A DNA stretch of 32,000 nucleotides, from assembly GCF_037902255.1 (NCBI RefSeq), contig NZ_CP147990.1, forward strand, positions 1,740,001 to 1,772,000, in the 5' to 3' direction. A program made the position numbers and the translations under genes. Within the stretch, counting starts at the first letter, position 1. Each line of letters begins with the position of its first letter. The stretch comes from Candidatus Electrothrix sp. GW3-4. GTDB taxonomy: Bacteria > Desulfobacterota > Desulfobulbia > Desulfobulbales > Desulfobulbaceae. Below are positions 1-8,952 of this stretch, piece by piece. The notes under the pieces were generated by a model. It saw only the letters and a list, made by a program, of their open reading frames with translations, did not search any database and was not told the DNA's origin.

Positions 1-1089
1 TAGAGTTAGCGATGTTATGGAGTTTTCTGCATTTAGAGGTCTTGTTGGCAAAAAAGGAATCAAAAAACTGGACATTAGTTGTCACAACCACCGGTGCATC
101 CCAGTTTTCCACTGCCAGTTTGCTCTTCCAATCGGTTTCGTCAGGGATAAAATTGGAATGATGCTCCAGCACAGCATCATCGCCCAGCATATCGCGGAAC
201 ACCTCGGCGTTCTGTTCGATAATGCTGGTGAAAGGAATCACGTAAATAATGCGGCGGATATGACTGTGTGCCTTCGCATGTTCCAAGGCAAAGGCCAGCG
301 AGGCAAGCGTTTTCCCCCACCGGTGGGCACAGTCAGGGTGAACAGCCCCGGCTCCAGTCGGGCTGCTGCAAGACAGTCTGTCAGAACCTTTTCCCGTATT
401 GTATTTACCTTGGAAGGATTTACCTTGGCCTTGTCGCGCAGCATATTAAAATTTTTCCAAAATACCGAGTGCAAATCTTGCAATGGCGTACCATTCTCGC
501 GTTTTTCCGCTTTGTCCGGGCTGCAAAATCGTTCGGTGTCTAAACGGTCCGCATCAACCAGGCAGGAAAAAAGCATTCGGATAAAGAACTGGAGCTGAAA
601 ACCGAACAGAGCCGGATTCGGCGAAAAAGGCAGTTGAGACGGTATTTGCAAGTGTTGCGCAAAGGGAAACAGAACTTCTTTGAGAGGCTTCTCCTCTACC
701 CGGTACCGGACACCACTTTTTTTGTCATTGGACCAATTCTGCAAACCGCTGTGGTGTCCGGCAAGGCAGTAGGCCAGAAGCTTTCCGGCTTGGTTAGACA
801 GGTTGTAGATATGTCTGGCGGCAAAGGTAGCATGATCGCGTTGCCAGCGAGGTTCGTAATACGCTGCAAACTCGTCTTCAATATCGTTGGCATTACGCAG
901 ATACGCCTGAAACTCTCGGCTTCCCTTGCCGAGATCGTGAAAACGGCCTGCTAGCTTTCCCCATTGGCCTGCATTGAATTGCTCTGCAAATGATTGAGAT
1001 AATTTTGCGGTGTCTTGCAGGTGATCTTCAAGGGATTGCCAGTTATCAAGAGGCTGATTTTCAAGACTGTGGGCGTAGTATTCAGTCAT
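1..1089 (-). pseudogene. cas3: Type I CRISPR-associated Cas3 (N-terminal HD nuclease domain plus beginning of SF2 helicase). The 3' part runs off the left window edge and the reading frame is broken inside the Walker A codons.
   Basis: In ORF 238..1164(-) the likely start is ATG at 1089 ('MTEYYAHS...'). HD-domain motifs are 'RFHDLGK', 'LAGHHSGL' and 'LVDADRLD'. The sequence then reads 'LTVPTGGGK' and goes out of frame to a stop at 238. The -1 frame from about 312 down to base 2 reads '[56 protein letters not shown]...[36 protein letters not shown]', which is typical Cas3 helicase motif I-II sequence. Subtype (I-C-like?) is only a guess. Confidence 0.85.
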
Positions 1090-1319
1090 AGAATTGTGGG
1101 AGGAGGTTGAGAGGAGTGGATAATAAGTAAGAAATGCAAAGAAATGTAATTTATATAAATACAACCATCGGGAAATATTGCAAGATATTTTTATTCTCCC
1201 AAGAGGAGAACGACCCGATGCGCGAATAGCACTTTTGAGTGTGCGGAATATCCTTTCTCCTGAGAGGATGGCATGTTAGTTTCACGACCTGAAATCCATA
1301 TTGTTGAAAGTGAAAAACT

Positions 1320-3829
1320 ATGCTTGAAAATCTCCCTGTTCATAAGATCCTGCCTCAGCTTAAAGAGACGTTAACCCAGCAGGGCAGGGCCGTCCTGATG
1401 GCTCCGCCTGGTTCCGGCAAGACCACCCTGGTCCCCTTAGCCCTGAAAGACGCACCCTGGCTCAAGGGGAAAAAATCCTCCTCCTCGAACCCCGGAGGAT
1501 TGCGGCCCGGCTGGCAGCGGAGTATATGAGCAAGCTTTGCCAGGAAAAGGTCGGGGATACTGTGGGCTATCAGATCCGCTTTGACCGTCGAATCTCGGCC
1601 CGAACCAAGGTGGAAGTGGTCACTGAGGGGATTCTCTGTCGCCGTCTCCAGCAGGATCCTGAGCTGAGTGATATTGGCCTGATCATCTTTGATGAGTTTC
1701 ATGAGCGCAGCCTCAACTCGGACCTGGCCTTTACCCTCTGCCTGGACGTGCTTTCCGGCCTGCGGGAAGATCTCCGTCTCCTGGTTATGTCCGCCACAAT
1801 GGATACAGAGGCGGTGAGTCGTTTGCTGGATAATGCTCCGATCATTAACGGGCAGGGAAGGGTGTTTCCGGTGCGTACAGAGGCTCTCCCCCCTTTGCCC
1901 CAGTTTGCCACTAATCGGCCTGGTCATCTGGCCCGGAGTACAGGACGGGCAATTCTTCAGGTACTTGGCCAGGAGCAGGGGGATCTCCTGGTTTTCCTGC
2001 CTGGTAGGGGAGAGATCAGACGGGTTCAGGAGCAGCTGCGTGGACTGGAGGACGTTGTTATTCGGCCCCTGCACAGCAGTCTGAAATCGGCTGAGCAGGA
2101 ACTGGCTCTCCAGCCTGATGCTGCAGGCAGGCAGCGGGTTATTCTGGCCACCACCATTGCCGAGACCAGTGTCACCATTGAGGGGATCAGGGCAGTAATT
2201 GATTGCGGCTGGAAGCGGGTACCCCGCTTTGACAGCAACTCCGGGCTCTCCCGTTTGGAGACCGTGCGGATTTCCAGGGCCTCAGCAGAACAGCGGGCAG
2301 GCAGGGCAGGGCGCCTTGGGCCAGGGACCTGTTATCAGCTCTGGGATAGAGGGGTTGAGGCGGGGCTCCAGGCCTTTGACCAGCCGGAAATTGTCCAGGC
2401 TGATCTGGCACCTTTGGTTCTGGAGTTGGCCAATTGGGGCGTCACTGATCCGGGCCAGCTTATCTGGCTGACCCCACCTCCAGCAGGGGCCGTTGCTCAG
2501 GGAAGAGCGCTGCTCCAGCGCTTGGCTGCTGTGGATCTACAGGGGAGGATCACTGCAACAGGGCGGGCCATGGCGGAGTTCCCTGTTCACCCCCGTTTGG
2601 CCAGAATGTTGCTTATGGCAGGTCAAGAAAACCTTTCCACAGCCCTTGACCTGGCAGCCTTGCTTTCTGAGCCAGATATCCTGCCAGGAAAGGATAGTGC
2701 TGATCTGGAGGATCGCCTCTATTGCCTGCATCGTTTTCGTCGTCAGGGGAGGGCCGCTGTTCGGGCCCTGGGGGGGCAGCCAGCTACCTGTGCCCGGATT
2801 GAGCAGAGCAGGCGCCAGCTGGCTTTGTTGCTCAAAGGCAAGGCCAGCCAAAAAACGTCACAGCGCTCTGTTGGTGGCCTGTTGGCCCTGGCCTGGCCAG
2901 AGAGGGTGGCCCTGTGCCGAAGCCACGGAAGCTATAAACTGGCCTCGGGCCGTGGAGGGCTTCTTCAGCCCCATGATCCTCTGGCTGCTGCGCAATGGCT
3001 GGTGGTGCCTTCCCTGGATGCAGGCAGGCAGAACGGGAGGATCTTTCTTGCTGCCAAGCTTGAGCAGGACGAGGTGCAGGCCTTGTTAAAAGACGAGCTG
3101 GCAGAACAGGATGAGGTCTTCTGGGATATCCAGGCCAAAAGGGTGGTCAGTCGTTCTGTTGTTCGTCTTGGGGAGTTAGTGGTCAGTGAGAGACCGCTTG
3201 TTGCCCCTGACCCCGCCGCTATAGAGACGGCCCTGCTTTCGGGTATTCGGGAGATGGGGCTCAGGGTGCTCAACTGGACTCCCACGGCCTCCCAGCTTCA
3301 GTCCCGCCTCATCTGCCTGCGGGACTGGCAGCCAAGCGCAGATTGGCCGGATTTTTCTGAGGCAACCCTGCTAGCTGAACTGGGTGATTGGCTGTCTCCT
3401 TATTTGAGTGGCCTCCGCACGATCAGGGATTGTGCTGCATTAAACGTAAAACAGATTTTTCTCGCTCGCCTGAATTATCACCAGCAGCAACAGTTGGAGC
3501 AGGATGCACCCACCCATCTTCAGGTCCCCAGCGGCTCACGGGTTCGGCTGGAATATCGTCCCGGCCAACCACCGGTCTTGGCTGTTCGTCTCCAGGAGGT
3601 CTTTGGCCTTACAGAAACCCCAGCAGTCTGCCAGGGCCAGATTCCGGTGGTGCTTCACCTGCTCTCGCCTGCCCGGAGACCAGTGCAGATTACCCAGGAT
3701 CTGCCTGGCTTCTGGGAAAGCAGTTATTTTGCCGTGCGCAAGGAAATGAAGGGGCGCTATCCCAAGCATTATTGGCCACAGGAGCCTTGGTCAGCAATGG
3801 CTACTGCTGGCGTAAAACCTCAGAGATAG
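1320..3829 (+). pseudogene. hrpB: ATP-dependent DEAH-box helicase HrpB, with the frame interrupted once near codon 50 (either a genuine frameshift or a consensus error).
   Basis: ORFs 1320..1529 and 1526..3829 belong together. Motifs seen are 'APPGSGKTT' (Walker A), 'ILLLEPRRIAARLAAEYM' (readable only in the second frame), 'DEFHERS' (motif II), 'SATM', 'TIAETSVTIEGI', 'QRAGRAGR' (motif VI) and a C-terminal 'GRYPKHYWPQEP' as in HrpB C-terminal domains. The frame switch lies within the G4A6 run at 1466-1475. Confidence 0.85.
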
Positions 3830-4020
3830 CGTTCTGCCCTTCTACTTTACACTTTATGACAGTAGGGATGAGAAGGGAAGTTGACTTCCCCATCTATATA
3901 CCTTCCTTTTATTCTCACGTAACACCCCTTGCAGAATATATTTTTTTGCTCACGGCGATTCTTTGTGATAATATATTTTTATGTAATAATTGTTATTAGT
4001 TGATATGCGTGGGGTCTGTA

Positions 4021-4287
4021 ATGAAAGTTATTAGCATAAGCGAACTGTATCTTGCGAGCGAGAGTGTTGATACTGTTAATAAAATGTTTAACAAGATAGT
4101 GAATCTCTATCTGGATACAGAGAGACCGCTCATCATCATAACCCGATATGTTCAAGTGACATTGAATAGCAAGGATAGCGATCAGGTAAAGGAGGCCGTC
4201 GAGATCTTGGAAAGACATCAGTTCGGATTTATCCGAATAACCGGTTCGCTATTTGATGACTTTTCCTTATTTGCCTATCGCGATTGA
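4021..4287 (+). CDS. Hypothetical small protein (88 aa) in an AT-rich islet, with a weak Phd/YefM-antitoxin-like N-terminus.
   Basis: Part of ORF 4000..4287. ATG at 4021 is preceded by GGGG (4011-4014). 'MKVISISEL...ERPLIIITRY...' loosely recalls antitoxin N-termini, but the spacing differs. No partner ORF is present. Confidence 0.35.
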   Translation: MKVISISELYLASESVDTVNKMFNKIVNLYLDTERPLIIITRYVQVTLNSKDSDQVKEAVEILERHQFGFIRITGSLFDDFSLFAYRD

Positions 4288-4355
4288 TTTTATGATAAGA
4301 TTAGGTTGGCGTGTGCTGTACGAAACTTGTTCCTGGAAAAGCTCTACGGGACTGC

Positions 4356-5138
4356 TTATATCTCTATCAAGGCAATCTCTGGCCTGCATAAAATGCGTAT
4401 GGGGAGTGCCCAGTACCCTATCCCGGCATTGACAAAGAGCGGGCCTGCCTGCGTTTGAAATAAGCCCTTGTCATATTTCCCCACCCCATAAGGCAGAGTT
4501 ATCGCCCCGTAAAACGGAAGGCGAACCTGTCCCCCATGCGAATGTCCCGAGAGAATAAGGTCAAACTTTTCATGTATCCTGTCGACAGCAGCAGGGTAAT
4601 GGTGTAATAATATTCGTTTAGAATTTTCCTTGGGAGAGGACGGTAGCGGGGTAAAATTTTGCCCCGCTGACCCCCAAATGACAATTTTTCCATCAGGTGA
4701 TAAGACTTCCTGGTTCAGTAGCCATGCGCCACCGCTTGCCTTGCAACATGCTTGAAGGGGGGCGAAGGATATGCCGCTCCAATGGTCATGATTGCCGGGT
4801 ATAGCGAAGAGCGGGTATTGTATCTCCCGAAGGCATGCTATGGCCTCTTCAAGATAGGCAGCCTCTTCGATGAGGTCCCCAGTAAAGCAGACGAAGTCAG
4901 GTTCAAGGCTGTTGATCTTGGCAACGACTTTTTTGAAATAGGTAAGGTCGCCTTTATGGTGGACATCGGTAAAATGGGCAATGCGGCAGGTCGGGGTGTT
5001 GCTCAGAACGATATGCCTAAGGTTGATCCATTTGCGCTCGATAAAAAAGCCATCAAGGAAGGCCAGTCCATAAGGGGCTAAGGCGTATAAACCCAAACGG
5101 AAGAGCCTGCGTCGGGTGATTTTATTTTTCTGCGCCAT
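4356..5138 (-). CDS. Metallophosphoesterase (calcineurin-like, YaeI/YkuE-type) with an N-terminal Tat-like or membrane-anchor segment.
   Basis: Signature motifs are 'HFTDVHH', 'FTGDL', 'PGNHDHW', 'LLHHYP' and 'SGHSHGGQ'. The N-terminus is 'TRRRLFRLGLYALAPYGLAF'. Confidence 0.8.
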   Translation of the reverse strand: MAQKNKITRRRLFRLGLYALAPYGLAFLDGFFIERKWINLRHIVLSNTPTCRIAHFTDVHHKGDLTYFKKVVAKINSLEPDFVCFTGDLIEEAAYLEEAIACLREIQYPLFAIPGNHDHWSGISFAPLQACCKASGGAWLLNQEVLSPDGKIVIWGSAGQNFTPLPSSPKENSKRILLHHYPAAVDRIHEKFDLILSGHSHGGQVRLPFYGAITLPYGVGKYDKGLFQTQAGPLFVNAGIGYWALPIRILCRPEIALIEI

Positions 5139-5325
5139 TTTTTCTGTCGGTTCTTTTGGAGAAGATATGGCTTTTGCTCAATCTCGCTGGACAACTTCTG
5201 TCGACTGCCTACCTCAAGCCACTTTTTTTCAATTTCGTGATGGGATAATGCCTTGTAATGGTATATAAAAGACAGTATAGATGTCATCCTTCACAGAAGG
5301 TTAAGAAAATAGTTTTAGCTATCGT

Positions 5326-5670
5326 ATGTTGCGAGATTCTACACTCATTAAGGATATAATTATCCTCTGGAGGTATCTAGGGAAAAAACGCCGTAATCAA
5401 TTTTTCGTGCTTTTTTTACTGATGCTTGTTTCGGTCTTTGCCGAGGTCATAACCATTGGGGCTGTTATCCCCTTTCTCGGTGTACTCACCGCACCTGAAC
5501 AGGTTTTTCATCTTTCCTGGCTACAGCCTGTTATACAAGGCTTGGATATTGAGACAGCGAAAGAGCTTCTTTTTCCTCTCACCCTTGCCTTTATCCTTAT
5601 CGCTCTCTTTTCTTCGGCAATACGGATCGTCCAGCTCTGGTATAACAGCAGATTGACTGCTGCTATCGAC
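5326..5670 (+). pseudogene. N-terminal remnant (about 115 codons, TM1-TM2) of a fused ABC exporter permease/ATPase of the MsbA/PglK kind, with the rest of the gene missing.
   Basis: ORF 5326..5883 begins 'ILWRYLGKKRRNQFFVLFLLMLVSVFAEVITIGAVIPFLGVLTAPEQVF...LAFILIALFSSAIRIVQLWYNSRLTAAI', a pattern like ABC type-1 exporter N-termini such as PglK. After about 5668 none of the three plus-strand frames continues as a TMD, and no NBD motifs occur downstream. Confidence 0.6.
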
Positions 5671-5863
5671 ACCGGATTTTCTCGAAAGCACGCCAAGTCT
5701 GGCAAGCTTATCCACCATCCGGGAAACCTGTGTCGGGACTGCCGGTCTTTCACTGTGCGCCAACTGGCTTGGTGCCGACTGCCTCAGCAAAACCAAGCCC
5801 GAGATATTGACTTGCAATCTGGTCACCACTTTGCCGCCGACCGCATGACACGGCTGAAAGATA

Positions 5864-7201
5864 ATGATGCTCGGCACTACTAGCCGCATCAAGCAATTAG
5901 GCACCTTCACCCGCCGCCCCTTTGTGCGCAACGTGGTGACGGTTGCCACCGGTACGGCGGCATCGCAAGTGGTGGCCTTGGCGTTTGCGCCGCTGATCAC
6001 CCGTCTTTACGGGCCAGAGATTTTTGGTCTCCAAGGCATTTTTACCTCGGTGGTGGGTCTCCTTACAACTGTTGCCGCAATGAGTTACCCCATTGCCATC
6101 GTGCTGCCCAGGTGCGATGCCGATGCCATAAGTCTTGCCAAGCTTTCACTTCTGATTGCCGTCGGTGTTTGTCTATTGACCACGCTAGTACTCGCCATTT
6201 TTGGCACGCAAATACTACACCTGCTCAATGCCGAAGCGATTGCCGAGTTTATCTACCTCGTCCCGCTCGCCATGTTCATCGGCGTGCTGGGTAACGTACT
6301 GACCCAATGGCTGATCCGCAAGAAGGCATTTGGAGTCATCGCCCGTTACGGCGTGTTCACCAAATTTCTGATCAGTAGCACCAAAGCAGGTCTGGGTTTC
6401 ATTCACCCCAGTGCTCTCGGCCTAATTCTCACCAACACCTTGGGTACGCTTTTTAGCTCGCATCTCATCTATATCGGGTGGCGTAGACAAACCAGAAACA
6501 GAACACACAACACAGACACTGAATCACCCACGCAAGCCAGCGCTAGCCTGCACACTCTGGCGCACAAGCACTGCGACTTCCCGCTCCTGCGTACCCCGCA
6601 AAACCTGATCAATGCGTTTTCGCAAAGCCTGCCCGTACTCTTGCTTGCCGCGTACTTTGGCCCCAGCGCGTCGGGCCAATACAGCATTGCCATTGCTGTG
6701 CTTGGCGTCCCGATCGGTCTGATCGGCGGCTCCGTCATGGCCGTTTTTTACCCACGCATCAACGAAGCCATCCACAACGGTGAAAATGTGCGTACGCTAA
6801 TCATCAAAGCAACGGCTGCCATGGCCGCCACTGGTGCCTTGCCCTTCCTGGCCGTCATCGTCGCTGGCCCATGGTTGTTTGAGTTTGTGTTTGGAACCGG
6901 CTGGCGCACGGCAGGCGAGTACAGCCAATGGCTATCGCTGTGGCTGTTCTTGCAGTACATCAACAAGCCCGCCGTATCCGCAATCCCCGCGTTGAACCTA
7001 CAGGGGGGATTGCTGGCCTACGAGATCTTCAGTACCGGAATAAAAGTGCTGGCACTCTGGCTTGGCTTCGTCATCTTCAAGAGCGATGTTGCGGCCATCG
7101 CCATTTTTTCTGTATTTGGCATCATTACCTACGCATGGCTCATCCTGTGGGTGATCCAGCGCAGTGGAGAATCGACCCATGAACGAAACCAAGCAAGTTG
7201 A
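5864..7201 (+). CDS. Wzx-like polysaccharide/O-antigen flippase (MOP superfamily, 'polysaccharide biosynthesis protein').
   Basis: 445-aa polytopic membrane protein. The N-terminus 'FVRNVVTVATGTAASQVVALAFAPLITRLYGPEIFG' and the overall hydrophobic repeat pattern are typical of Wzx-type flippases. Confidence 0.75.
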   Translation: MMLGTTSRIKQLGTFTRRPFVRNVVTVATGTAASQVVALAFAPLITRLYGPEIFGLQGIFTSVVGLLTTVAAMSYPIAIVLPRCDADAISLAKLSLLIAVGVCLLTTLVLAIFGTQILHLLNAEAIAEFIYLVPLAMFIGVLGNVLTQWLIRKKAFGVIARYGVFTKFLISSTKAGLGFIHPSALGLILTNTLGTLFSSHLIYIGWRRQTRNRTHNTDTESPTQASASLHTLAHKHCDFPLLRTPQNLINAFSQSLPVLLLAAYFGPSASGQYSIAIAVLGVPIGLIGGSVMAVFYPRINEAIHNGENVRTLIIKATAAMAATGALPFLAVIVAGPWLFEFVFGTGWRTAGEYSQWLSLWLFLQYINKPAVSAIPALNLQGGLLAYEIFSTGIKVLALWLGFVIFKSDVAAIAIFSVFGIITYAWLILWVIQRSGESTHERNQAS

Positions 7202-7805
7202 CAAAGACCAGTACGAATTCCTTCGCTACATGAGCAAGGCACGCTGGAACAGCCTATGGCATCAGCTAGACGAGGTGATTCGTCTGAAACCAGAGCGCGT
7301 CCTCGAAATTGGTCCAGGGCTGGATGTGTTCAAAAACACGGCCGGTTTGTACGGTGTGAAAGTTGAAACGCTGGATATCGACCCGGAGCTGAAACCCGAC
7401 CATGTGGGTTCGGCGACGGCACTGCCCTTTGACGACAACAGCTTTGATGTCGTCTGCGCGTTCCAGATGCTCGAACATTTACCTTACGAAACCGCACTGC
7501 AAGCCTTTCGGGAAATGACCCGTGTTAGCCGGGGCCATATCGTCATCAGCCTGCCGGATGCCAAGCCGGTCTGGCGCTACTTGTTCTACCTACCGAAGAT
7601 CGGTAACTTCGATTGGTTGTTGCCACGGCCATTCGCCCGTATGAAGACCCATCACTTTGATGGCGAGCACCATTGGGAAATTAACAAGCGCGGCTATCCG
7701 CTCGAAATGTTACTGCGAGATTTATGCGAGATATCTGAAGTAATCTACACCTATCGCGTGAAGGAAAAGCCGTTTCATCGCTTCTTAGTTCTCGCTGCCA
7801 AATGA
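7179..7805 (+). CDS. Class I SAM-dependent methyltransferase (Methyltransf_11-like).
   Basis: Motif I 'RVLEIGPG' and 'FDVVCAFQMLEHL' are present. ATG at 7179 is preceded by GGAGA (7166-7170); GTG at 7164 is an alternative start. The gene overlaps the Wzx 3' end. Confidence 0.8.
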   Translation: MNETKQVDKDQYEFLRYMSKARWNSLWHQLDEVIRLKPERVLEIGPGLDVFKNTAGLYGVKVETLDIDPELKPDHVGSATALPFDDNSFDVVCAFQMLEHLPYETALQAFREMTRVSRGHIVISLPDAKPVWRYLFYLPKIGNFDWLLPRPFARMKTHHFDGEHHWEINKRGYPLEMLLRDLCEISEVIYTYRVKEKPFHRFLVLAAK

Positions 7806-8914
7806 AGACTATAGCAATAGTACTTGGTCAGCTCGGTACTCATGGCCCAAGCTTGATAAGACTTCAGATTGCAGCTGAATTGGTCAAGAGAGGCTTGGAT
7901 GTGCACTTGGTTCTTGGCACGGATGCGGCTGACTTAGCTAAGAATATCCCATATGGGTGCAAGGTTTTTATTCTCAACTCGACGAGACTCAGGCAGTTTA
8001 TCATTAAATTGGGTAGGTATCTGAGGCAAGAAAAACCGGAAGGCGTTATTGCTTCTTCTTGGCCATATTCAGCATCAGCAATTCTGGCAGTGCGCCTATT
8101 TGCAAGGCAAGTTAAACTGGTTGTGAGTGAACATGCAGATTTAAGAACAAACATAGAAGCGAGTGGTGAGTTCACAAACAAGGATGCCTTCTTGATTAGA
8201 TACTTATCGAAATACATTTACGTTTACGCAAATAAAGTTGTTGGTGTTTCGCAAGGGGTAGTGGATGGCTTGTGTGAAGTAACGGGTCTTAATAAAAGTA
8301 AAACCACTGTAATTTACAACCCGTTAAGAGAGATGGTAGGAGATTTGGGAGAAACGGAGCATGATCGTGCGCTTCGTGATGAATTTTGGAATGGTACCTC
8401 GATTAAGTTGCTTGCTGTCGGGAGGCTTGCACCGGAAAAAAATTACGAAATAATGATTGATGCAATCCAGCTACTCAGAGATAAGCATGATATTAAATTG
8501 ATTGTAATTGGCGATGGTGCATTGAAATCAATGCTTCAAGAGAAGATAGATTATTTATCATTAAGTCAGCACATTTTGCTTGCGGGAAAAATCACAAATG
8601 TACAAGAATTCTACGCGGAAGCTGACGTCTTTCTCATGAGTTCAACTAGCGAAGGTTTCGGTAATGTGATTGTCGAGGCGCTTTCCTTTGGGCTACCGAT
8701 AGTTAGCACTAACTGTCAAAGCGGACCCGCAGAAATACTCTCAGATGGTGAATACGGTGTATTGACGCCTGTTGGCGATCCACAAGCATTCGCATGCGGT
8801 ATTGACAAAGTTCTTCTAACTCAAGCGGATCCGGAAAAACAGAAAAAAAGATCAGGAGAATATACTATTGAAAAAACCACCGATAAGTACTTGTTAGCCC
8901 TATTTCAAAACTAG
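7802..8914 (+). CDS. Glycosyltransferase family 4 (GT-B).
   Basis: 'GRLAPEKN' and 'SEGFGNVIVEALSFGLPIVSTNCQSGPAEIL' are present. There is an ATGA start/stop overlap with the upstream gene. Confidence 0.85.
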   Translation: MKTIAIVLGQLGTHGPSLIRLQIAAELVKRGLDVHLVLGTDAADLAKNIPYGCKVFILNSTRLRQFIIKLGRYLRQEKPEGVIASSWPYSASAILAVRLFARQVKLVVSEHADLRTNIEASGEFTNKDAFLIRYLSKYIYVYANKVVGVSQGVVDGLCEVTGLNKSKTTVIYNPLREMVGDLGETEHDRALRDEFWNGTSIKLLAVGRLAPEKNYEIMIDAIQLLRDKHDIKLIVIGDGALKSMLQEKIDYLSLSQHILLAGKITNVQEFYAEADVFLMSSTSEGFGNVIVEALSFGLPIVSTNCQSGPAEILSDGEYGVLTPVGDPQAFACGIDKVLLTQADPEKQKKRSGEYTIEKTTDKYLLALFQN

Positions 8915-8952
8915 GTAAACTTGGATATTGTTATAATGCATGAGAATTTTGA

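Noticed and set aside
17-598. A 193-aa plus-strand ORF at the left edge.
   Set aside because: It is antisense to clearly recognisable cas3 helicase and HD coding sequence. Its composition is biased (R/S/G-rich) with no motifs, so it is a shadow ORF.
238-1089. The idea that cas3 is naturally split into Cas3'' (HD) and Cas3' (helicase), as in some type I subtypes.
   Set aside because: The break falls within the P-loop codons (GGGK|T), not between domains. The downstream part has no start codon or RBS. A 1-nt indel explains it fully.
1-1319. A CRISPR repeat-spacer array near cas3.
   Set aside because: No regularly spaced direct repeats are visible anywhere in the window. Any array or remaining cas genes would lie left of position 1.
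1355-2074. A 239-aa minus-strand ORF inside hrpB.
   Set aside because: It lies opposite conserved HrpB motifs I-III and has no motifs of its own. It is a typical antisense shadow ORF.
3856-3999. A 48-codon hydrophobic ORF ('MTVGMRREVDFPIYIPSFYSHVTPLAEYIFLLTAILCDNIFLCNNCY') considered as a small membrane toxin.
   Set aside because: It has no RBS. It is the tail of a long out-of-frame ORF overlapping hrpB, and it lies in very AT-rich sequence where hydrophobic codons arise by chance.
5521-6000. A 159-aa minus-strand ORF spanning the ABC-remnant/Wzx junction.
   Set aside because: It overlaps both the ABC fragment and the Wzx N-terminus in antisense and has a low-complexity R/K/S-rich sequence. 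It does not explain the junction.
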